Position numbers and translations under genes: made by a program | Notes under the pieces: generated by a model | What the model was told of the DNA's origin: nothing | The model's database searches: none | The model's input: the letters and a program-made list of their open reading frames with translations, nothing else | Virus record (IMG/VR): IMGVR_UViG_3300045988_048710 | Source: a virus | DNA: 41,570 nt | Strand: one strand, 5' to 3' | Shown: piece after piece, positions 1-6,591 of the stretch | How the letters are laid out: each line of letters opens with the position of its first letter | Numbering within the stretch: position 1 is the first letter of the stretch

Positions 1-119
1 GATTGATACTTTTCACCGTCGCTGTCATTTTTTCTCCTTAGTTCGCCAAAATATTGGCTTCGAATTCCGTCATGTCTCCGTACACAGCTTTCTCTTCCGG
101 GCTCCATCCCTTCTTCGCC
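1..119. repeat. Terminal direct repeat, copy 1 (circular-assembly overlap or terminal redundancy)
   Basis: nt 1-119 identical by eye to 41452-41570 (gattgatacttttcaccgtcgctgtc...ccttcttcgcc). Confidence 0.9.
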
Positions 120-772
120 GTAGTGCCGGACCGTGCAATTTCGAGACGATCCCAGGTTATCCCTTTGTACCCGGAAGCCATGCACTCGGTGATGAGCTGT
201 GCTACATTCTCGGCGCCATGCTCCTTAGTCTTTGCCTTTGCGATGGATACGAGGCTCTTCAGCCCTGTCTCTGTGATAGGGCTCCCCTGCTCTCGTCTGG
301 ATGTAATCCACTCAGAGAGCTTATCCGCTACCTCCCTGACTACGCCGAGGGTCTGCAGTGCGTCGGATGTAGCTTCCTCGACCGTAAAGGGGGTAGGGGG
401 ATTCTCTTTTACATTTGCATTTGCATTAACATTTACATTTACATTAGCTAGGCTTTGCTTCGCATCTTCTGTAGCGTCGCTAGGGTTTGCTACAATTTGC
501 TTCGCACTTTTTGTAGCGTCGCTAGACTTTGCTACAGCTTTGCTTGCTTTTGCTGTACCGCCGCTGCGTCCCGCTTCTCTTCTCTGGATGTTCGCATCGA
601 TCTGCGGCTTCACCAGAGTCAGGAAGACCTTCGCCATCGGAGTCTCTGCTTCTTCCTCTCCATCAAATGCATATCTGCACAGCGAAGCAATGCAGGCTTT
701 GCATTCTTCCGGATCCATATCCAGCAGTGCATCCGCGAAACTCTTGTAAAATACGAAGCTCTGATTAGCCAT
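38..772 (-). CDS. Replisome organizer / DnaD-like replication initiation protein
   Basis: ATG at 772 (MANQSFVFYKSFADALLDM) overlaps the upstream stop by 8 nt. The N-terminal FxFYKSF motif and the C-terminal ASGYKGITWDRL region resemble phage replisome organizer/DnaD-like domains. A low-complexity NVNVNVNANANV linker and internal 42-bp repeats are present. Confidence 0.5.
   Translation of the reverse strand: MANQSFVFYKSFADALLDMDPEECKACIASLCRYAFDGEEEAETPMAKVFLTLVKPQIDANIQRREAGRSGGTAKASKAVAKSSDATKSAKQIVANPSDATEDAKQSLANVNVNVNANANVKENPPTPFTVEEATSDALQTLGVVREVADKLSEWITSRREQGSPITETGLKSLVSIAKAKTKEHGAENVAQLITECMASGYKGITWDRLEIARSGTTAKKGWSPEEKAVYGDMTEFEANILAN
453..536. repeat. Two tandem 42-bp repeats (plus a partial third) inside the replisome organizer gene; candidate origin iterons
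   Basis: 453-494 and 495-536 share about 36/42 nt. Each contains the near-palindrome GTAGCGTCGCTAG. An AT-rich hexamer run (acattt/gcattt x6, about 411-447) lies next to them. Confidence 0.45.
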
Positions 773-1067
773 TGATCGCAAACTCCTTGTACTTGTCCTC
801 ATTCAGTGCTCTTGCGGCTTCCACGTCCGGGTCCCCTCGGAGTTCCGGATGCTCTGCCTGTACCTTCTGTCTTGCTCTTCGGACCGACTCCATGTTGGGG
901 GCTCCGATCTCCTTTGCCCTGCGGAAGAACTCCGCTGCGGACATGTCAGACGGAACGCCCAGTGCCTCGATCACGCATGAGTAGAGGACATTGTCACTGT
1001 TCCTCGTGTACGGCTTCTCACGCAGCACCGCCTCCACGTACTTCTTGACCTCTTTCAGCTTTTCCAT
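765..1067 (-). CDS. Hypothetical early protein (100 aa)
   Basis: Clean ORF MEKLKEVKKYVEAVLREKPY, coupled to neighbouring genes. No motif recognised. Confidence 0.6.
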   Translation of the reverse strand: MEKLKEVKKYVEAVLREKPYTRNSDNVLYSCVIEALGVPSDMSAAEFFRRAKEIGAPNMESVRRARQKVQAEHPELRGDPDVEAARALNEDKYKEFAING

Positions 1068-1623
1068 ATCCTGCCTCTCTGTAGACTGCTGTCATCCTTG
1101 CTATCTCATCTGGAGTCCTCGGATCGATTCCGCACTCTTCTGCCTCATGAATTGCTCCATCGATGAGCTGCGCCATCTCCTCCGTGTTGTAGGTATGGCT
1201 CCCTCTCACGACCCAGTAGATCGCAAGAGGGGTCCCATCCTGCAGATGAACCACACGTCCGGACGGCTGGTAGTGCTCGTTTTCGCACCTTGTCCAGTCG
1301 AAGGACATCGGTTTCACGGACCAGTCGAGGACTCCATCTGTGTAGCTGTTCTGTCCATATTCCTTGAGGATCCAGTTGTGCTCTTCTGTCTTGCTGACTT
1401 TCTTCGCTGCAGCAATCTGACTGCAGAGCGTCCAATAGTAGGCGTTGGCCTCCTGTGACCTGTCTTTCCGGAAGGGCTTCAGCACCACCTTCAGGATTTT
1501 CTCCTTCAGCGTCTCCACGTTTGCCGGTGACTCCTCAAGCTCCAGCGTGACCAGAGTCTTACGACTGGGGAACTCCTGCTGTATGCTCCTGATTGTTCCT
1601 TTCATTTGCAGTTCCATTTTCAA
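1018..1623 (-). CDS. NinB/Orf-like recombination mediator (putative)
   Basis: KPFRKDRSQEANAYYWTLCSQIA and GSHTYNTEEMAQLIDGAIHEAEECGI parallel the lambda NinB pattern (RSLDQNRKLWACLGDVS; STSRMRVGEFAELLELIQAFGTERGV). Start is uncertain (1623 or 1605). Confidence 0.4.
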   Translation of the reverse strand: MKMELQMKGTIRSIQQEFPSRKTLVTLELEESPANVETLKEKILKVVLKPFRKDRSQEANAYYWTLCSQIAAAKKVSKTEEHNWILKEYGQNSYTDGVLDWSVKPMSFDWTRCENEHYQPSGRVVHLQDGTPLAIYWVVRGSHTYNTEEMAQLIDGAIHEAEECGIDPRTPDEIARMTAVYREAGYGKAERGQEVRGGGAA

Positions 1624-2302
1624 GGTTCCTCTGTATCTTGCTCATGAAGTCCGCATAGGACTTCTTTGTGACCTTCGGCCACATCCGGAAGGCTGAAAAG
1701 CTCTTCATGTCCCCGCTGCAGTGCTTGTTCCACATTGCTTCGATCATCGCAAGTTCAAGCTCGTTGCAGTACGCTGCATCCATGTCCCATCGGAAGACTT
1801 CCTTATTTTTCATAGACTCGTTGACTACTACGACGTGAGTAATTGTTCCATCTACCACATCAAGCTCAGTCACACGGAAGCGGTCGTGGCACTTGCCATC
1901 GTTTGTCACATTCACCTTGTCTCCACCCCAGACCATGGTAGTAGGAGCCGTGTAGAGCTCTCTTCCGATGCCCCAGTTGAAGCAGGCCCGCTTGAAGCTG
2001 TCTGACGCCAGTCCCTTCTCTTTCTCCGTGTTGGACTCCGTTCCGGTGTCTTCCTTGGAGATCCATTGCTTCTTCTGTTCGTCCCAGATCGAGACGATGC
2101 AGTTTGCATTGTCCCGTCCGTGACTCCGCTGCCAGTTCATCGGGCCGACTGTCTCATCGAGGATGTTCTGATCAACCCTTGCATCTTTGTAGAAGAGGAG
2201 CATCACGCCGCTTTTCACCTTTCCGTCCTTCTCTGACCGGATTACTCTTGCCACTCGGACATCGATTTCATCCGGGCGCAAATTGCGAAACATTCTTCCC
2301 AT
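1559..2302 (-). CDS. Rad52/Sak-family single-strand annealing protein
   Basis: LRPDEIDVRV N-terminus and KGLASDSFKRACFNWGIGRELY are typical of Rad52/Sak-type phage annealases. It sits next to Gp157-like and NinB-like genes. Confidence 0.7.
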   Translation of the reverse strand: MGRMFRNLRPDEIDVRVARVIRSEKDGKVKSGVMLLFYKDARVDQNILDETVGPMNWQRSHGRDNANCIVSIWDEQKKQWISKEDTGTESNTEKEKGLASDSFKRACFNWGIGRELYTAPTTMVWGGDKVNVTNDGKCHDRFRVTELDVVDGTITHVVVVNESMKNKEVFRWDMDAAYCNELELAMIEAMWNKHCSGDMKSFSAFRMWPKVTKKSYADFMSKIQRNLENGTANERNNQEHTAGVPQS

Positions 2303-2314
2303 AGTTTTGTCTCC

Positions 2315-2800
2315 TTACTGGATCCTCAGTGCTTCCGACTGTTCCAGATGTGCAAACGTAAGCTTCTTTCCTTCCTTCAGTGCTGCCGAAATGCTCTTTC
2401 TGTCTATCTTCGGATCCTGCTGAATCAAGTACTTCTTCGGGATTTTGTCGCTGTCGATTACGACCGAAGGGGCATTCTTCTGGATCCGGAAGCTGAAGAG
2501 CTGCGTCTTGAATTTAACCTTGCCGGTCATGGTCATGGCGTTCTGCAGGGACTTCTTCATCCGGTCCGTGTTGGTCTCGATTGCTTTCTTCCGGGCTGTG
2601 AGCCGCTCAATCTCTGCGCTGATGCCTTCCGCATCCGCTGAGAGCTGCCGGATCACCTTTGCGTACCCATCTGCCTTGATCTCGATCTCGCCACCGATGG
2701 CCTCCATCGTGTCCTTCAGGACATCCGGTTCTACGTCCGGATCCTCTGCCATCTCCAAAAGCTGCAGATACTCATCAGTGAGCTGATATAAGCTTTCCAT
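2315..2800 (-). CDS. Siphovirus Gp157-family protein
   Basis: MESLYQLTDEYLQLLEMAEDPDVEPDVLKDTMEAIGGEIEIKADGYAKVI is the classic Gp157 N-terminus. The internal ATG at 2800 is preferred over ORF start 2854. Confidence 0.65.
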   Translation of the reverse strand: MESLYQLTDEYLQLLEMAEDPDVEPDVLKDTMEAIGGEIEIKADGYAKVIRQLSADAEGISAEIERLTARKKAIETNTDRMKKSLQNAMTMTGKVKFKTQLFSFRIQKNAPSVVIDSDKIPKKYLIQQDPKIDRKSISAALKEGKKLTFAHLEQSEALRIQ

Positions 2801-2951
2801 TTTCTTCCTCCTCTTTCTCTGCGTTGGCCATGCAGTCACCGCAGATGTATGCATACTCGCCTTTGATCCTTGTGTGTGCCCCGTGCGGGACAGGGATCTT
2901 GATATCGCCCCGGGTGACTCCGATCGGAGTCCCGCAGATGAAGCACCTCAT
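2775..2951 (-). CDS. Small zinc-ribbon-like protein (58 aa), not in the ORF track
   Basis: My translation is MRCFICGTPIGVTRGDIKIPVPHGAHTRIKGEYAYICGDCMANAEKEEEENGKLISAH, with CxxC...CxxC. The ATG overlaps the upstream stop (ATGA type). Confidence 0.4.
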   Translation of the reverse strand: MRCFICGTPIGVTRGDIKIPVPHGAHTRIKGEYAYICGDCMANAEKEEEENGKLISAH

Positions 2952-3142
2952 GGTGCCACCCGGAAGGAGAGGTACTCTCCTCCGTCCTTCTTTACCGTGA
3001 CGGTCATCCCGCCAAGGTCTGAGTAATCTGCCTTGATATAGGAGCCATTCGCCGACTGCATTATGTACTTCAGATCATCCATGAGCCGCCCGACAAACTC
3101 GTCCATCAGATCCTTCGGAATTGCATCTACTATTCTTTCCAT
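2948..3142 (-). CDS. Hypothetical early protein (64 aa)
   Basis: ORF MERIVDAIPKDLMDEFVGRL in the operon context. Confidence 0.5.
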   Translation of the reverse strand: MERIVDAIPKDLMDEFVGRLMDDLKYIMQSANGSYIKADYSDLGGMTVTVKKDGGEYLSFRVAP

Positions 3143-3172
3143 GCTATAATCTCCTTGCTAAAGCTGTTTTTT

Positions 3173-3206
3173 GGCTGTCCGCATGCCCGTGCGGATGGCC
3201 TTTTTT
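3173..3206 (+). terminator. Stem-loop with a T-run only in the + direction, antisense to the surrounding - strand operon
   Basis: ggctgtccgca-tgcccg-tgcggatggcc followed by tttttt on + strand. On the - strand it is followed by an A-run. Confidence 0.4.
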
Positions 3207-3429
3207 ATGCAACATCTTCGCCGCAGTAGCGCCTGCGGTACTTCCGCTTCCTCTTCTCTTCTGCTCTCTCACGTCTTTCCTTCTCCTCCATGCAGATCGC
3301 TCCGGAGAAGCAGAGGATCGCGAGCATCAGAAGCGTTACCCCGATGCAGTGGGCTCCGAAGATCGCCTCTGCAATCACTGCATATGCTGCGCAGGTCACT
3401 CCTGCCGGTCCAAAAACTCTTTCCATCAC
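3205..3429 (-). CDS. Small membrane protein (74 aa)
   Basis: Hydrophobic core GVTCAAYAVIAEAIFGAHCIGVTLLMLAILCF followed by a basic tail EEKRKRKYRRRY. Confidence 0.5.
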   Translation of the reverse strand: MMERVFGPAGVTCAAYAVIAEAIFGAHCIGVTLLMLAILCFSGAICMEEKERRERAEEKRKRKYRRRYCGEDVA

Positions 3430-3644
3430 TTGCCCTCAAAGAAAAGCTTCATGTCATCTGCTTCGAAATGGATCACCCGGTTCAGGGCGACCAGTTCATC
3501 CCGTGTCCATGTCCCGTCCCGCATCCGCTTTCTGTAGGTAGATGCGGGGATCTTCGTCTTACGGACGAGATCTCCGGTTCCAAGCCCCGCAAGAGCTGTC
3601 CGGGCCCGGATCGCATCCGCGAAGGTTGCAGTGTGCTTATTCAT
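3426..3644 (-). CDS. Small HTH DNA-binding protein (72 aa)
   Basis: LAGLGTGDLVRKTKIPASTYRKRMRDG is helix-turn-helix-like. ATGA-type coupling to neighbours. Confidence 0.5.
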   Translation of the reverse strand: MNKHTATFADAIRARTALAGLGTGDLVRKTKIPASTYRKRMRDGTWTRDELVALNRVIHFEADDMKLFFEGK

Positions 3645-4083
3645 ACTTCTTCCTCAGCCATTCGCAATACTCAAATCCCAGCCCTGCGTTTGAAATCAGA
3701 GAAATAAGTGCCTCGTGCTTCGCGCTTCTTCTCATTTCCGCTGTACGGCTATTCTCTACGTCTGTTCCCATAAACGGTTCTCTGCTGTCAGCAGCGTGAT
3801 TGAACAGGAGATTTTTCAGATCCTCGAACTTCGAATCTTTCTCCGTATCTGGAACATCCTCCGTTTTCTTCTCCGGTTCCCCTGCGAGGAAGAAATCATC
3901 AAGAACTCTCTTTGTTTCCGCAGCTGCAATTGCGCAAGCTTGGATTGATGTCCCGATGGGTACGGTTGCAACCAACGTCGTAGTAACTACGTCGGAAATT
4001 GCGCTTGCAAGCTGCGCTTTGGAGATCATCGTCTTTTCATTTCCGAGCTTCTCCTCTAATTTTTCAAAACTGTGTTTATTCAT
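3637..4083 (-). CDS. Hypothetical early protein, paralog B of a tandem pair
   Basis: Internal ATG at 4083 (MNKHSFEKLEEKL). Shares ISKAxL, VLDxFF, DLKxLLF, AGL..YCxW and a terminal YE with the upstream gene. Confidence 0.55.
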   Translation of the reverse strand: MNKHSFEKLEEKLGNEKTMISKAQLASAISDVVTTTLVATVPIGTSIQACAIAAAETKRVLDDFFLAGEPEKKTEDVPDTEKDSKFEDLKNLLFNHAADSREPFMGTDVENSRTAEMRRSAKHEALISLISNAGLGFEYCEWLRKKYE

Positions 4084-4477
4084 AGCCCTTCTCCTCCTTC
4101 CAAGCGCAATACCTAGCTTCCAACCCCGCATCTCTGACCAGACCGAACAGAGCGTTAAACTTGCCATATGCCTCCTCCGAATGTTCTGCTGCGTACTGCT
4201 CTACCGCGAGATGCGCCTGCTCAAAGAGCAGATCCTTGAGCGCCATCAGCTCTGTCTTTTCTGCAGACTTCTCAGCATCCGGCTCCTCTTCCTTTTTCTC
4301 CGGGAAGAATTCATCAAGGACCTTTAACATCTCCATTGACGCATTAAGTATTCCTGCGGTCTCGTTTTCCGGCTCCGAGGCAGCATTTGCGATTCTGCTG
4401 CAGACCTTGATGAGGTCTGCTTTGGAAATCTCTGCCTTCTCCTTGCTGACCTTCTCCTTCCACTCTTCGTAATCCAT
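4076..4477 (-). CDS. Hypothetical early protein, paralog A of a tandem pair
   Basis: MDYEEWKEKVSKEKAEISKADL...VLDEFF...LKDLLF...AGLEARYCAWKEEKGYE. Confidence 0.6.
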   Translation of the reverse strand: MDYEEWKEKVSKEKAEISKADLIKVCSRIANAASEPENETAGILNASMEMLKVLDEFFPEKKEEEPDAEKSAEKTELMALKDLLFEQAHLAVEQYAAEHSEEAYGKFNALFGLVRDAGLEARYCAWKEEKGYE

Positions 4478-4490
4478 TTCTGTCCCTCCT

Positions 4491-4538
4491 TCGCTACAAC
4501 TGTGTCGTTTTCGCTACAACTGTGCCGTTTTGGCTACA
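4491..4538. repeat. Two 20-bp direct repeats TCGCTACAACTGTG(T/C)CGTTT plus a partial third
   Basis: 4491-4510 and 4511-4530, then tggctaca. They resemble TTTCGCTATAATCGTAGCGTTTT at about 7662-7686 and the CGTGTCAACT arm repeats at attP. Confidence 0.5.
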
Positions 4539-4744
4539 TTCTTAGCAAAAAAAATACGCTCACGATCGCTTTTAGATAAATGAAGAGCTTTGCATAATCC
4601 CTCTATTTCAGGTGCAGAAAACTCTCCTATACCGCGTAAACGATTGTAAAGCGTAGGTCTACTAATGCCAGATTTCTTGGCGATTGATGACATCGTCATC
4701 CCGCTGTTTCGAATTTCTTGATTTAATGCAAAAAAGTCAGTCAC
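4514..4744 (-). CDS. Cro-like / early lytic HTH regulator
   Basis: GTG start preceded by AGGAGG. MTMSSIAKKSGISRPTLYNRLRG is an HTH. Divergent from the CI-like repressor. Confidence 0.65.
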   Translation of the reverse strand: MTDFFALNQEIRNSGMTMSSIAKKSGISRPTLYNRLRGIGEFSAPEIEGLCKALHLSKSDRERIFFAKNVAKTAQL

Positions 4745-4785
4745 GAGTTTTTCCTCCTTTCTGTGCCATTTTGTCCCGCATGTTT

Positions 4786-4814
4786 AATGTACAGCCTTCG
4801 CCCCGTTATGTCAA
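4786..4814 (-). promoter_or_regulatory. Candidate early lytic promoter
   Basis: On - strand: TTGACA (4809-4814), 17-nt spacer, TACATT (4786-4791), about 40 nt upstream of the cro-like GTG. Confidence 0.5.
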
Positions 4815-4835
4815 CATCTTTTTTCAAAATGTTGA
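4811..4835. promoter_or_regulatory. Operator palindrome TCAACAT-N11-ATGTTGA spanning both -35 boxes
   Basis: Perfect 7-bp arms at 4811-4817 and 4829-4835. Each arm overlaps the -35 hexamer of one divergent promoter. Confidence 0.55.
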
Positions 4836-4860
4836 TAAGCTGACACATATGATATAGAAT
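4832..4860 (+). promoter_or_regulatory. Candidate repressor (lysogenic) promoter
   Basis: TTGATA (4832-4837), 17-nt spacer, TAGAAT (4855-4860), just upstream of the GGAGG RBS and ATG 4881. Confidence 0.5.
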
Positions 4861-4880
4861 TGTGTATGGAGGAAGAAAAA

Positions 4881-5201
4881 ATGAATATCTATGAAAGAAT
4901 ACGTCACCGACGTGAACAGCTAGATATGTCTCAAGAAGAACTGGCTAGTAAAATCGGATATAAGGATAGAACTGCCGTTTCAAAAATGGAAAATGGACAA
5001 CGGCAAATCAAACAAAGCATGATTGTAAAGCTTGCGGCTGCTCTCGACACCACCCCATCCTATCTAATGGGCTGGGATAAGGAAGATGACGATGCAACGC
5101 TAAGTGACAGACTGCTGACAAGGTACAGGGAGCTCGACGATCTGGATCAGGCGATGGTACGGAGGCTTCTGAAGTGTGATGAAGATTTCAATAAAGTATA
5201 G
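4881..5201 (+). CDS. CI-like XRE-family repressor
   Basis: ATG 4881 after GGAGG. MNIYERIRHRREQLDMSQEELASKIGYKDRTAVSKMENGQRQ is a canonical XRE HTH. Divergent from the cro-like gene. Confidence 0.8.
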   Translation: MNIYERIRHRREQLDMSQEELASKIGYKDRTAVSKMENGQRQIKQSMIVKLAAALDTTPSYLMGWDKEDDDATLSDRLLTRYRELDDLDQAMVRRLLKCDEDFNKV

Positions 5202-5302
5202 GAGGGGGAATGTCATAGCACCGAGTAGAAACTTCATAGCACATTATAATAAAACATCAAAAATGATATCGTATGTGATACTATTATCAGGTAGGAGGTC
5301 TT

Positions 5303-5572
5303 GTGTCCAAAAGAGATAAGTTATTAAAAAAATTCTTTGCGGAAAAGCCACCGGTAGATATAACATGGGCGGAGCTTTCTGCCGTTTCAGATATTTTTGG
5401 GTGTGTCGTAACTGAGAGAACCAATCACCGGGCAGTTGTTCACCCCAATGACCCGAAGTGGATTTACCCCGTTCCGGTACATGCGGAAGGCCATCCGATC
5501 AAGAGAGCATATATTGTAGAACTGCGAAAGAAATTTCTTGAACTAAACCCGGAGGTGTTAAATGAAATATAG
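5303..5572 (+). CDS. hicA: HicA-family toxin (long N-terminal variant)
   Basis: GTG start after AGGAGG. KLLKKFFAEKPPVDITWAELSAVSDIFGCVV..NHRAVVHPNDPKWIYPVPVHAEGHPIKRAYIVEL matches the HicA/YcfA pattern. It overlaps the following hicB by 11 nt. Confidence 0.6.
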   Translation: MSKRDKLLKKFFAEKPPVDITWAELSAVSDIFGCVVTERTNHRAVVHPNDPKWIYPVPVHAEGHPIKRAYIVELRKKFLELNPEVLNEI

Positions 5573-6026
5573 TTATAGCATTTCTAAAGAATTAATAGAG
5601 GGAACTGTGTATTGGGTCGCCCGGTGTCTTGAAATAGATACAATTATCGGGCAGGGAGTTACACAGGAAGAGGCTATTGCGGAATTGGAAGAAAATGAAG
5701 CAACATGGCTTGCTATGGCTCCGGAAGTTGGAATTGAAATTCCAGAGCCCAAAATTGCCGTAGCTTCACCAAAATACAGTGGGAAGTTCATGCTCAGAAT
5801 TTCGCCAAATATGCACAAGGTAGCAGCCACTCACGCCAAGGAACAAGGCATTAGTCTGAACCAGTATATTTCAGACGCTACCACCTATTACAATTCCTAT
5901 AATGACCGCATGAAAAATGCAGATATATATGCTTCTGTCGAGTCAAGATCATTCTCTGCGGAATACTGCAACTCATCTCATGCACAGGTCATTGTTCACG
6001 ATTTCAACTCAAGAAAGGAAATGTGA
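5562..6026 (+). CDS. hicB: HicB-family antitoxin with RHH domain and an extra C-terminal tail of about 45 aa
   Basis: The N-terminal fold motif (VYWVARCLEIDTIIGQGVTQEEAIAELEEN) and YSGKFMLRISPNMHKVAATHAKEQGISLNQYISDA are typical HicB. The tail NSYNDRMKNADIYASVESRSFSAEY... extends beyond the RHH. Confidence 0.7.
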   Translation: MKYSYSISKELIEGTVYWVARCLEIDTIIGQGVTQEEAIAELEENEATWLAMAPEVGIEIPEPKIAVASPKYSGKFMLRISPNMHKVAATHAKEQGISLNQYISDATTYYNSYNDRMKNADIYASVESRSFSAEYCNSSHAQVIVHDFNSRKEM

Positions 6027-6030
6027 TCTT

Positions 6031-6408
6031 ATGTTGAGCCGCTATGATTCTCACGTGGTAAATGTTCACCTGATTAACAGACTGTCTGCGGATGAAAAAA
6101 TCAATATACATCCTTGCCTTCAGCATCAAATCCATTCGTTTGAAAATGGATGTATAACCGGGATGTTCCGTATTGTTATTTCTTCTCCAGATGAAAAAGA
6201 GATCCCAGAAAACGGCAAAAGATTTTATATCGTATATGAGTTGTCTTTTTCGGCTGCAAGTTCTGATAAGGATGCTGATATATCAGATCTTATTTCCGAT
6301 GCTGCACCAATCGCATATAGCGAAATAAGAGCAGGAATTGACGCAATGGTTGGTCTTTCCGGGATGGCACGTGTTGCATTACCTTGCAGCTTTGATCAAT
6401 TCGTATAA
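6031..6408 (+). CDS. SecB-like chaperone (putative third TAC component)
   Basis: ATG 6031 lies 4 nt after the hicB stop. The C-terminal APIAYSEIRAGIDAMVGLSGMARVALPCSFDQFV parallels SecB [34 protein letters not shown]. Size is 125 aa. Confidence 0.5.
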   Translation: MLSRYDSHVVNVHLINRLSADEKINIHPCLQHQIHSFENGCITGMFRIVISSPDEKEIPENGKRFYIVYELSFSAASSDKDADISDLISDAAPIAYSEIRAGIDAMVGLSGMARVALPCSFDQFV

Positions 6409-6446
6409 CTTTTTTGGTCTACAGCAAATGACAGGCAAATAAAAAA

Positions 6447-6499
6447 CCGCCCGGTGTTGGCGCACCGGGCGGATCCGCTCCGAAGAGCAGTATTTTTTT
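6447..6499 (+). terminator. Terminator hairpins after the TA cassette
   Basis: ccgcccggtg-ttggcg-caccgggcgg (6447-6472), flanked by an A-run upstream. Then gctc-cgaa-gagc followed by tattttttt. Confidence 0.55.
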
Positions 6500-6591
6500 G
6501 ATCCTATGGGAAGAATCATACATATACTATCATCTCCGGAGCGCCAATTCAAACGGCGCTATTTTTGCGCCCATTTTCAGGAGGTGTATGA

